A stretch of 64,000 bases of DNA from Dehalococcoidia bacterium. GTDB lineage: Bacteria; Chloroflexota; Dehalococcoidia; Lucifugimonadales; UBA2962. The stretch spans positions 12,399 through 76,398 of the forward strand of contig DAOUKM010000004.1 in the NCBI GenBank assembly GCA_034421295.1, given 5' to 3'. The notes under the pieces were generated by a model that saw only the letters and a program-made list of their open reading frames with translations, ran no database searches and had not been told where the DNA came from. This document shows, piece by piece, positions 19,914 to 28,971 of this stretch (the stretch's first letter is position 1; every line of letters begins with the position of its first letter). A program made the position numbers and the translations under genes.

Positions 19914-20516
19914 TTCACGGTCACCTATCTACCGATTGTCCGCACGCCGTTACCGATCCGGGATCTGCTCCATCCAGGTTCCCTGCAGCGAGCACGCCCT
20001 GCTCAGTAAGACGGTGGAAAGTGGAAGGTTGTTCCATAGGTCCAGGAGAAGCGGCAATCCCGGCGGTTCACCCTTCCCAGTACCCTTCCCTGCCCGATCC
20101 GAACGACTACCCGGCCTGCTCCGGTTGCCCGCGCCAGCATATTGCCCGCAGCAGGAGCAAGGGCCCCTCGTGGTCGAAGGGCCCGAGGCGATGCGAAGAT
20201 ATCCTTGTCCGCATCGCTGAGCCCCATCCCAGATGTCATTCACCAGTTAGACACGCCCCTGCGTCCCCCCGCGATTAGAATGAGCACACGCATTTGAAAG
20301 CTACCATCTATCTGGCAGGCGCAGGGGGGCGCCTCGTACGTAATGTGGCCAGGGAACTGCCGGGCATCCTTGCCCGGTTTGCTGGGAGCACCTGATGACG
20401 GAGGGTTGGATTGATCAGCGGTGCCGTGTGCCTTAAGAGCCCGACCCTGCTTTCGCCCCGCACCCCATAGCCTGTCTGCGACGCTGATGAGCACAGTTCC
20501 ACGGGAGGATGCCCCG

Positions 20517-21377
20517 ATGACCGACATGGCACTGGTTACCAAGATAGAGGAGATCACCAGGGATTTCTCGGGCAGGCTGAGCGTCTCGGCTCAAAACCTG
20601 ACCACTGGGGAGCGACTTGGCTACAGGGAGGCGGAGGTATTTCCGGCCCTTAGCACGATCAAGCTTGGCATCATGGCCGAGCTGTTCTTCCGGGTGGAAG
20701 ATGGACAGCTGACCCTGTCCGACAAGGTCGTCGTCAAAGCGTCGGACCTGCGCGGAGGGACCGGGGTGTTCCGAGAGTTCGACACTCCGTTCGAAGTCAC
20801 GGTCAAGGACCTTTGCATGATGATGATCGTGGTAAGCGACAACACTTGCACATGGCTGCTGGGTGACATGCTCGGCATAGCGAGCATCAACGAGCGAATG
20901 CGGTCGCTGGGCCTTAAGGAATACTCTCTCAATTCTGATCTCGGTCCCAACATGTTCAAAGAATTCGAGCAGGGGGGGAAGGGAGTGGAGGCCTATTCGG
21001 AGTGTTCGGCAAGAGACTTCACAAAGCTGGTTTCCCTCATCGCGACCGGACAGCTGGTTTCCGAATCCGCCTCCGCCCAGATGCTGGACATGATGGGCCG
21101 GTGCCAGCACATCGACTGGCTTGGAAGATATCTCCCCCTAAGCCCGTACGCGGCAGAGCTGGGCCATACCCCCGAGGTGAGGCTCTACAACAAGCTGGGG
21201 GCCGGGCTACACGCCCGCTGCGATGCGGGGCTGATCACCACACCAGGTGCAAGCTATGCGATCACGGTCATGACCGCCGACAGCGATGACCCCAGCCGGC
21301 TCCTATGCACACACGAGGGCAGCAGGACAATCGGCAGAGTCTCCGCGCAGGTCTTTGAGGCCTGGGGCGAGAGATGA
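20517..21377 (+). CDS. class A beta-lactamase-fold serine hydrolase, apparently cytoplasmic
   Basis: SxxK (STIK), SDN (VVSDNT) and K-L-G (NKLGAG) motifs in the canonical order. GGGAGG lies 8 nt upstream of ATG 20517. No signal peptide from that start. I see no obvious ExxLN omega-loop motif. Confidence 0.7.
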   Translation: MTDMALVTKIEEITRDFSGRLSVSAQNLTTGERLGYREAEVFPALSTIKLGIMAELFFRVEDGQLTLSDKVVVKASDLRGGTGVFREFDTPFEVTVKDLCMMMIVVSDNTCTWLLGDMLGIASINERMRSLGLKEYSLNSDLGPNMFKEFEQGGKGVEAYSECSARDFTKLVSLIATGQLVSESASAQMLDMMGRCQHIDWLGRYLPLSPYAAELGHTPEVRLYNKLGAGLHARCDAGLITTPGASYAITVMTADSDDPSRLLCTHEGSRTIGRVSAQVFEAWGER

Positions 21378-21459
21378 ATTCATTCCGGTAGGGACTCTCG
21401 CATGTCCGGAGCCCGCACCCGGGTGCCCACGTGCGATCCTCGTCCCGAAGAGGTACTCC

Positions 21460-22686
21460 ATGCCAAGGTTCGCCATCCGTCTCCTAGCCGCGTTTCGAGG
21501 CATCTCCCTGCTCTTCTGGAGGCTTCGTGGCAAGACCCCGGACGATGTGGCCGCCCGGCGCGTGGTCGGCGGCCAGTCCTGGAACGAGTTCTGCGATTCA
21601 TTGAAGGCGGCCGGCGCTGCCCTGAGTTTTCCCGGCGCCCCGCGGGATCCGCTCAACCAGGCGGAGGGCTACCGGTATCTGAGCCGCCTGGCCCGCGCCG
21701 GCCTGACGGCGTTCATCGAACACGCGGACCCCAGGGCACCGGTGCTTCATCGCGTTGTCGACGAGATCACCAAGCTGGGCGCAGACAACCCCGACAATTT
21801 CTATCAGACGGCCGCACTCGATGGGAACTACGAATACAGGATCATCGGACGACGCAACAGCATCGCCTATCTGAGCTTCGGGACCCAGGCCGGCAACTAC
21901 GGGCAGGGTGGCGGTCTTCCCTCCACCGGACACATCGAATCCGAGCAGATAGAAATGGACGAAAGCGGCTACTTCGAGCTTGTGCTGAGCTGCAATCCGC
22001 AGAAACGGAACTGGCTATCGATGACACCGGAGACCGGGACTCTGGTTGTTCGCCAGACGTACCTGGATCGGAACGCCGAAGTCCCGGCGGAACTGACTAT
22101 CGAGCGCATCAACTGCCCGGAGGACGAGCGGCGCGCACCTCAGCTGACGGCAAGGGCGCTTGACGAGGGGCTCGGCAAGGCGGGGGCGCTGGTGGCGGGC
22201 GCGCCACTCCTGTTCGCCAAGTGGGCGCGGGACTTCAAGAGGCACAGCAACGAACTGCCGCTGTTCGATCCGCAGGTCTCCCTGGCCGCCGGAGGTGACC
22301 CGAACATCGCCTACTACCACAGTCACTGGGCCCTCGCCGAGGACGAAGCCCTGCTGGTAGAGGTCACGCCCCCGGAATGCGAGTATTGGAACTTCCAGCT
22401 CAACAACTACTGGATGGAATCGCTGGACTACCGCCACTTCACGATCCACACCAACAAGCATCTCGCCCATTACGAGGGGGACGGGTCCGTGCGCCTGGTC
22501 GTGGCGCACGAGGATCCCGGCCTGCCCAACTGGATCGAGACCGCGGGCCACATGTCCGGCACCATGTGCTTTCGCTGGGTGCGGGCCGAAGAGCACCCGC
22601 AGCCCCGGACACGACTGGCCAAATTGAGCAGCCTTCAGGATCTGGCCCAGGGACGCGCGACCCAGGCGGCCGGGATGGGAATGTGA
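21460..22686 (+). CDS. DUF1214-like hypothetical protein
   Basis: A 408-aa ORF from ATG 21460, preceded by GAAGAGG. EGYRYLSR, DNPDNFY and the C-terminal PGLPNWIET resemble my memory of DUF1214 proteins. The N-terminal 24 aa are hydrophobic and basic. The family call is tentative. Confidence 0.55.
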   Translation: MPRFAIRLLAAFRGISLLFWRLRGKTPDDVAARRVVGGQSWNEFCDSLKAAGAALSFPGAPRDPLNQAEGYRYLSRLARAGLTAFIEHADPRAPVLHRVVDEITKLGADNPDNFYQTAALDGNYEYRIIGRRNSIAYLSFGTQAGNYGQGGGLPSTGHIESEQIEMDESGYFELVLSCNPQKRNWLSMTPETGTLVVRQTYLDRNAEVPAELTIERINCPEDERRAPQLTARALDEGLGKAGALVAGAPLLFAKWARDFKRHSNELPLFDPQVSLAAGGDPNIAYYHSHWALAEDEALLVEVTPPECEYWNFQLNNYWMESLDYRHFTIHTNKHLAHYEGDGSVRLVVAHEDPGLPNWIETAGHMSGTMCFRWVRAEEHPQPRTRLAKLSSLQDLAQGRATQAAGMGM

Positions 22687-23924
22687 CTTCCACTGACTAC
22701 GGCAATCCCTATCGACCTGTGCCCGTCAGGATCTTCAACCGGATCGGGAGGGCGGGCCGAGGTCTCGGATTTTCCGGCCGGCTCAAGGTCGATGCACTCA
22801 TCGGGTACGCGCGGCGCAAGACCGGACTTACCGACCTGGGGGACGAACGCTGCCTCAGTGCCCTTAAGGTGCTCGTTGACTCCATCAACGACGAGGCGAG
22901 ACTGACTGAAACCGGACGGCTGATACAGAGGTCGCGCCTCGCCGGCGCCCTGATCCACCGGCTGAGAATCGAGGATCTGCTCAAGAGGCATCCCGAGATC
23001 CACGACATCAACCTCGGCACGATCGTCATGATCACCGGGCTGCAGCGAACCGGCACCACCCTGCTGCAGCGACTGCTGAATTCCCACCCGGATATCAGGG
23101 GCGTTACAGGCGCCGAGGCGGTGGACCCGGTGCCGGCTGCCGACCCGAAGCCCGGCGAGCAGACAGCCGGCAGAAGGCGGGCAGCGATTGCAAAGATGGC
23201 CTTTTCCTACCTGGCTCCGCAGTTCAGGGCGATCCATCCGATCGACTACAAGGAGCCCGAGGAGGACGTCCTACTGCTCGACCTGACCTTCATGAGCCAG
23301 TCCGCAGAGGCGATGATGCACGTGCCAAGTTATTCCCGCTGGCTGGAGGAACAGGATCACACGCGGTCCTATCAATACCTGCGCCTCGTCCTGAAGTTGC
23401 TGTGCTGGCAGCGACCCGGCAGCGTCTGGGTGCTCAAGACCCCGCAGCACATGGAATACCTTGATGTGTTCCTCAGGGTCTTCCCCGAGGCGATGATCGT
23501 TCAGACGCACAGAGACCCGAGAAAAGCGCTCGCCTCGTTCTGCAGCATGGTGGCCCACGGCCGCGGCATCTTCAGCGATTTCGTCGATCCGAACGAGATC
23601 GGGAGGCACTGGCAGAGGAAGACCCGCAGGATGGTTGAGCGCGCCATGCAGGCCCGGGAGGATGCGCAGGACCACCGGTTCATCGACGTGTCGTACTACG
23701 ATCTAATGAAAGATCACATCGGCGAGCTTCGGCGGATCTATCAGGAGGCGGGTATCGGCTTCGATCACAGGGCCGAGCGCCAGGCTGCGCTATGCCTGAA
23801 GGCGAATCCGCAGAACCGCTTCGGCAGGCACGTATACCGGATGAGTGATTTCGGCTTGAGCGAGCAGGTCGTCGACGAGGCCTTCTCGCCCTACCGGGAG
23901 AGATATGCGATCCCCTTCGAATAG
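22683..23924 (+). CDS. PAPS-dependent sulfotransferase family protein
   Basis: 5-prime PSB loop ITGLQRTGTTLLQRLL and 3-prime PB motif HRDPRKALASF. GTG 22683 overlaps the upstream TGA (22684-22686). The ORF-track start at 22377 is an in-frame extension inside the upstream gene. Confidence 0.8.
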   Translation: MTSTDYGNPYRPVPVRIFNRIGRAGRGLGFSGRLKVDALIGYARRKTGLTDLGDERCLSALKVLVDSINDEARLTETGRLIQRSRLAGALIHRLRIEDLLKRHPEIHDINLGTIVMITGLQRTGTTLLQRLLNSHPDIRGVTGAEAVDPVPAADPKPGEQTAGRRRAAIAKMAFSYLAPQFRAIHPIDYKEPEEDVLLLDLTFMSQSAEAMMHVPSYSRWLEEQDHTRSYQYLRLVLKLLCWQRPGSVWVLKTPQHMEYLDVFLRVFPEAMIVQTHRDPRKALASFCSMVAHGRGIFSDFVDPNEIGRHWQRKTRRMVERAMQAREDAQDHRFIDVSYYDLMKDHIGELRRIYQEAGIGFDHRAERQAALCLKANPQNRFGRHVYRMSDFGLSEQVVDEAFSPYRERYAIPFE

Positions 23925-23980
23925 CCCCGCAGCCGGCCGCTGAGCAGGAACCAGGGGTCGTCCCGGGGGCACCCACTACC

Positions 23981-24988
23981 ATGGCACGAGAGACAGGGAA
24001 GACCGGTTACGGCGGCGTAGTAGGCGCCACCATCGCCGCGATCAAGGATCTCAGGAATCGGAATATCCCCGACATCGGCCCAGTCCCGGGCGACGTGCGG
24101 ATCGACGGCAAGACGTGCCTTGTAACCGGCGCCAACAGCGGACTGGGCAGGGCTGCTGCAATCGAACTGGCAAGGCGCGGCGGGAACATTATCCTGGCCT
24201 GCCGGCCCGGTCATGCCGAGACCTGCGGAGAGATCAAGAACGCTTCCGGGTCCGGGTCCGTTGAGCTCATCGAGGTGGACCTTGCGGATCTTCGCTCCGT
24301 GCATCGCTTCTGCGACGAACTGTCCCGGCGCGGCGTCCGGATCGACATCGCGCTCCTTAACGCCGGCCTGATGTCGCGCAGGTCGAGAAAGACGCCGCAG
24401 GGCTACGAGATCATGTTCGCGGTTCATTTCCTCTCAAAGAGGGTGATGATCGACCGATTGCTGAAAGATGGCGTCATCCGTCCCTCGAGCCAGGCCGGCG
24501 AGGCGCCACGGATAGTGATCATCGCCTCGGAGTCGCACCGGTCCGCCAAGGCCATCGATTTCGATCGCCTTGGCGCCTACACCGAGTACGGGATTACAGA
24601 GAGCATGGGGCACTACGCCCTCAGCAAGCTGGCCCTCTGCACGTACGCGACCGAGCTGTCCCGTCGCCTGAACTCCACCGAGAGGATCGAAGTCGCCGTG
24701 CACGCGATGTGCCCGGGAGGGGTCGCCACCAACATTGCCAGAGACGCGCCCATACTGCTGAGACCGATCGTCAACGCGGTTCTGCGGAAGTTCTTCCAGT
24801 CTCCAGAGGAGGCGATCGGACCGGTCGTATACCTGTGCTGTTCGGAGGAGGCGGGAAGCTCCACCGGGCTGTACCTGCACCTGATGCATCGGAAGCAGGT
24901 CTCGCCAATTGCATCGGACCCGGAAAGCGGAGCCAGATTGTGGACGGCCAGCGAGCCCATGGTGGCCAGGTCCCGGGAATCCGAATGA
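23981..24988 (+). CDS. short-chain dehydrogenase/reductase (SDR) family oxidoreductase
   Basis: Cofactor motif VTGANSGLGRAAA and catalytic YALSK (YxxxK). Confidence 0.85.
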   Translation: MARETGKTGYGGVVGATIAAIKDLRNRNIPDIGPVPGDVRIDGKTCLVTGANSGLGRAAAIELARRGGNIILACRPGHAETCGEIKNASGSGSVELIEVDLADLRSVHRFCDELSRRGVRIDIALLNAGLMSRRSRKTPQGYEIMFAVHFLSKRVMIDRLLKDGVIRPSSQAGEAPRIVIIASESHRSAKAIDFDRLGAYTEYGITESMGHYALSKLALCTYATELSRRLNSTERIEVAVHAMCPGGVATNIARDAPILLRPIVNAVLRKFFQSPEEAIGPVVYLCCSEEAGSSTGLYLHLMHRKQVSPIASDPESGARLWTASEPMVARSRESE

Positions 24989-25168
24989 ACCGGCCCGGCC
25001 GAGATCGGCCCACTGCCGAGGCGGCGGGGCCCGAGCCAAGGGTCCGCAGGCGGTCGATGGTCGGTCCCCGAAGAGGTGGGTTCTAGCCCTTCACCCCGGG
25101 AGGCAACGGTCGACGCGCAACCGGACTGGAGCCCGGGCTGGCGGAATCGCCCGTTGCCATAGCACAGG

Positions 25169-26569
25169 CTAAGTCGACACGCGGCGGTAGAGCCACCCCC
25201 CTAGGGTGAAGGACTGGCGGCCGGGATCGAAAACGGCACGCTCTCCCGCACCCCTTCCGGCGCGGAGTATGAAGGTGCCCGGCTGCTCCCCCGTCTCCTG
25301 CATTGGGGCCGGCCCATGAATGGCCAGACCATCGCCCGCCGGTGCAGTGATCCACAGCTCTCCCCCCCGGAAGTCTATGGCCGCAGGTATGCCGGGATTG
25401 GCGACGAAGTATCCGCCGAAGGAGGCAAGGTGGCCGGGTGCAGGCTCGGCCGCCGGCAGATCGGCCTCGGGCGCCGGTGCCGGCGGCGGCGGCGAGCCGG
25501 TTAGCAGCACCTCCATGACCTCTTTGCCCAGGGTGTAGGCGGCGACATTCGGCCATACGTTTGCCAGTAGCACGACTCCGGTGCGAGTCGGGATGTTGAA
25601 GGCGATCTGCGAGGCGAAGCCGTGTATTCCTCCTCCGTGACCGTGGTAGACGCGCTCCCCAACTCGTTCTGCGGCCCAACCAAGACATTGACCGCTCGAC
25701 CAGTCCGGCTCCACGTATTGGGGTCGGTGCATCTCCGCCAACGTTCTCTTGCCCAGCACCGCGGTCTCGTCCGCCCCTTCTCCATCCCCTCGGCACTGGA
25801 ACGATATCCAACGGGACAGATCTTCAACCGAGGAATGGAGCTGGCCCGCCGCCACTATGCCGTTCAGGTGCCGGTACTCGGCGACCCTGATCTCGCTCCT
25901 GGACGGATCGCCCGGGATAACCGCATCGTACCCGGTGTACAGATGCTCGGCAGGTAGGTCCTCACGCTCAAAGCCCGTCGATTCCATCCCCAGAGGATCG
26001 ATCACGTTTTCGCGAACGTAGGATACGTAGTCCATGCCGGAGAGCCTACTGACCACCTCTCCCAGCAACCCGAATGCGAGATTCGAGTACTTCCACTGCG
26101 AATCGGCCGCGATCACGACCTCAGTTTGGGGCAGCGCCCCGAGGACCTCTGCACGTCCCGGAAACTCCTCGGCTCCCCAGCTGATCAGAGCAGTCTCGGT
26201 GGACAGGCCCGAGTAGTGGGTCATCATCCTTCGCAGGGTGACATCGGCGACCCGTCCCCCCGTCTCCAGCACCTTGCCGAACTCCGGCAAATGGGCCGTC
26301 ACCGGATCATCAAGGCCCAGAAGTCCCCGGTCCCTGAGCTGCATGATAGCGGTGGCGGTGAATGTCTTGGTTATCGAACCGACCCGTGCGATGGTCTGCC
26401 CGTTCGGCCGATTGCCGGCTGAAAGATCGACCACCCCGAAGCCCCGAGTCCAGACCAGTTCCCCCTCGTGCAGGATGCCGGCCGCCAGGCCGGGCGAGCC
26501 CAGGTCGACAAAACGCCCCTCTATGTACTCCTCTGCCGCGGAGATGCGGCTATCTGTTACGTCACTCAT
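25169..26569 (-). CDS. class C beta-lactamase-fold serine hydrolase (esterase / D-aminopeptidase-like family)
   Basis: SxxK (SITK), YSN and HGG motifs in order. ATG 26569 is preceded by GGGGGAT; the alternative start at 26599 would add 10 aa. No signal peptide. Confidence 0.8.
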   Translation of the reverse strand: MSDVTDSRISAAEEYIEGRFVDLGSPGLAAGILHEGELVWTRGFGVVDLSAGNRPNGQTIARVGSITKTFTATAIMQLRDRGLLGLDDPVTAHLPEFGKVLETGGRVADVTLRRMMTHYSGLSTETALISWGAEEFPGRAEVLGALPQTEVVIAADSQWKYSNLAFGLLGEVVSRLSGMDYVSYVRENVIDPLGMESTGFEREDLPAEHLYTGYDAVIPGDPSRSEIRVAEYRHLNGIVAAGQLHSSVEDLSRWISFQCRGDGEGADETAVLGKRTLAEMHRPQYVEPDWSSGQCLGWAAERVGERVYHGHGGGIHGFASQIAFNIPTRTGVVLLANVWPNVAAYTLGKEVMEVLLTGSPPPPAPAPEADLPAAEPAPGHLASFGGYFVANPGIPAAIDFRGGELWITAPAGDGLAIHGPAPMQETGEQPGTFILRAGRGAGERAVFDPGRQSFTLGGWLYRRVST

Positions 26570-26623
26570 TGATATCCCCCAGCGCAGATTGCGCGTCAAG
26601 GCTGGTCGGATTACGTCACGCCG

Positions 26624-28048
26624 CTACCTGCGCGAACCCAGCTCCGCAAGCTCCTCCTCCAGATCACTCACATCGAGACCCATTTCGGCGAGAGCAGCCA
26701 CGTCCTGGCCGGCCTCAGCGTCAAGGCCCAGCATCACGTATGCTCTCGACCGGTTCTCGTAGGCCTCCAGCGCATCCGGCTTCAGCCCTATCACCTTAGT
26801 GTAGTCGGCGATCGCCAGTTCGAAGTCGCCAACGCGGTAGGCTGCCATGCCCCTGTTGAGATAGGCGGCCAAGAACTGGGGAGCCAGGTCGATGGCCGTG
26901 CTGAGGTCGTCAATGGCCCCCTCGGGATCCCCCAGGTTCAGCCTGGCCCTGGCCCTGTCGTTGTAGGGTTCGGCCCAGTGCGGCTGAAGCTCAATTACCT
27001 TGTCCAGATCCTCAATTGCCGCGTCGAAGTCTCCCACGATGGCAAGAGCCCTGCCCCTGTTGTGATAGGCCTCAGCGAAGTACGGATCCCGGTCTATGGC
27101 CAGACCGTAGTCGCGGACCGCGGACTCCCACTCGTCCATCAGGCCATAGGTCACTCCACGATTGAAGTAGGCGGACGGCGACCAGGGAGCGAGCTTGATG
27201 GCTTCACCATAGTCCTTGATCGCCAGCTCGTACTCAATTAGACGGCGATAAGCGTTGCCTCGATTCTCGTATGACGGTGCGTATGTAGGATCGGCAAGTA
27301 GTGCCCTTTCGTAGTCCTCGATCGCCCAGACGTAGTTACCCATCGCCTGCCATGTGCCACCCCTGTTGTCGTAGAACACCGCCACATCGGGGCTCAACTC
27401 GATGGCTCGCCCAAAATCCTCTATGGCTTCCGTGTGTTGGCCCAGGTTGACAAGGGACAGGGCACGGTCGTTGTACGCGACCGCAAGGCCGGGATCCACC
27501 TTGATTGCCCTACTGAAATCGTCGATGGCCTTGTCCCATTCGCCCAGACCGTAGTAGGCCAGGCCGCGGGCTCGGAAGGCGATCGCGTCCGGTTCAGAGC
27601 GCCTTACGAACTGGTCGAAATCTTCGACTGCTTCCTCGAAGCGGCGCAGTCTGGATTGCGAAACACCCCGCCTCAGATATGCGTCCACCATCTCGGGATC
27701 ATGCCGGAGGGCTGAGCCAAAATCGGAGATGGCCTCTTCAAGATTCCCCAGGTTGGACTTTGCATTTGCCCGATGGTAATAGGCCTGAGCATTACCAGAA
27801 TCCAGCTTCAGCACACGGTCGAGTACCTCGATGGATCTGTGGAAGTCGCCTCCCTCCTGTAGCAGCGCCGCTGAGTTAAGCAGTCGGTCGGCTAGCTCCT
27901 GATCGCTCTCTTGGGAAACCGACGGCTTTGGAGTGACTTCAGTCGATGAGGACTCGCCAGACATCTGGCCACACGCCAGCACGAAGGCCACGATGACCGT
28001 TCCGGAGACCAACCCGACATGCACTGGCCTAATCCTCACACCCGGCAT
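26624..28048 (-). CDS. TPR-repeat lipoprotein
   Basis: Lipobox FVLAC. About 11 consecutive 34-aa TPR units follow (AxAYxNRGxAYxxLGxxxxAIxDYxxAIxLxP). Confidence 0.85.
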   Translation of the reverse strand: MPGVRIRPVHVGLVSGTVIVAFVLACGQMSGESSSTEVTPKPSVSQESDQELADRLLNSAALLQEGGDFHRSIEVLDRVLKLDSGNAQAYYHRANAKSNLGNLEEAISDFGSALRHDPEMVDAYLRRGVSQSRLRRFEEAVEDFDQFVRRSEPDAIAFRARGLAYYGLGEWDKAIDDFSRAIKVDPGLAVAYNDRALSLVNLGQHTEAIEDFGRAIELSPDVAVFYDNRGGTWQAMGNYVWAIEDYERALLADPTYAPSYENRGNAYRRLIEYELAIKDYGEAIKLAPWSPSAYFNRGVTYGLMDEWESAVRDYGLAIDRDPYFAEAYHNRGRALAIVGDFDAAIEDLDKVIELQPHWAEPYNDRARARLNLGDPEGAIDDLSTAIDLAPQFLAAYLNRGMAAYRVGDFELAIADYTKVIGLKPDALEAYENRSRAYVMLGLDAEAGQDVAALAEMGLDVSDLEEELAELGSRR

Positions 28049-28149
28049 CTCACGACCGAACAGCGTCCGCGATATGTGTCGGGGCGATCCCCGGCGTGGC
28101 CCGCATAGGAATCTGACTGGCTCGGATAGGACGGTTGGCGATCGACGGC

Positions 28150-28902
28150 CTACGGACAGTCCTCGCTGTTGACCTTCCCGTCCGTCATCTTGGTATTGCA
28201 GAAGATGGCGCCTTCCAGTGTGGCTCCGGTAATGTCGGCAAACGTGAGGTTGGCATCGGTGAAGTCGACGCCGCTCAGGTCGGCGTCGGTAAGGAAGGCC
28301 CCTAAGAGTGAGACCCCTCGCAAGGACGCCCCGGAGAGGTCGGCTCCCGAGAAATCTCCTCCCTTCATGACGGCTCCGCTGAAGTTTGCACCGCGGAGGT
28401 TGGCGCCCTTGAAATTCCCGCCATCCAAGGTCGCCCTGGTAAAGTCGGCGCCGCTGGCATCGGCACCGAAGAGCGACGCTTTGGCGAGGTTCGCCAGACG
28501 AAAGTTCGCCTCTCTGAGATCGGCGTGTGCAAACGCTATTCCCTCAAGGTTGGCGGCCACAAATAGGGCACCACGGAGGTTGGCCTCCTCGAAGTCAACC
28601 CCCTCCCTGCCAAACTCATCTAGCTGTCGCCATCCAGTTACAATCTCACCAAGATCCTGATCGCTGAAATCGGCTCCAGGGCAATCGGCCTTGGGTCCAA
28701 TCTCGCAGCCACCTATCGTGCCGACAATCGTGGGCACCGGGGTACCCCTGATGATCGTCGCCTCCGGGGTCGGCTCCTCCTCCGGCTGTGGCGCAGCCGC
28801 CGATCCGCAGGCGGCAACAAGCAGGAACGAGCCGGCGATCAAGAGTACGCAAGACTGGGTGAGGAGCCTCGTACGACCTGTCTCCGAGGCAGAGTTTCCC
28901 AT
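28150..28902 (-). CDS. pentapeptide-repeat lipoprotein
   Basis: Lipobox LLVAAC plus a PE-rich linker. A long run of A(D/N)LxG-type pentapeptides follows (ANLRGALFVAANLEGIAFAHADLREANFRLANL...). Confidence 0.85.
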   Translation of the reverse strand: MGNSASETGRTRLLTQSCVLLIAGSFLLVAACGSAAAPQPEEEPTPEATIIRGTPVPTIVGTIGGCEIGPKADCPGADFSDQDLGEIVTGWRQLDEFGREGVDFEEANLRGALFVAANLEGIAFAHADLREANFRLANLAKASLFGADASGADFTRATLDGGNFKGANLRGANFSGAVMKGGDFSGADLSGASLRGVSLLGAFLTDADLSGVDFTDANLTFADITGATLEGAIFCNTKMTDGKVNSEDCP

Positions 28903-28971
28903 TCCGTTAACCTCCTAGGTCGGCGGATTCTTACTCTATACCAGGGGCGGTCAGCTAGCTGTCGGCGGCAA

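Noticed and set aside
20020-20070. The motif GGTCCAGGAGAAGCGGC, which resembles the SRP RNA helix-8 core (GGUCCGGAAGGAAGCAGCC)
   Set aside because: I could not build the tetraloop and the symmetric or asymmetric loops, nor a flanking helix 5. The similarity is probably chance, though a covariance-model scan would settle it.
22377-22682. N-terminal 102-codon extension of the sulfotransferase ORF
   Set aside because: It lies inside the upstream DUF1214-like gene and is Arg/Gly/Pro-rich. GTG 22683, which overlaps the upstream stop, gives a protein that begins shortly before family-like sequence.
28169-28660. A 163-aa plus-strand ORF with its own pentameric periodicity
   Set aside because: It is the antisense reading of the pentapeptide-repeat gene, and the periodicity is inherited from the real minus-strand gene.
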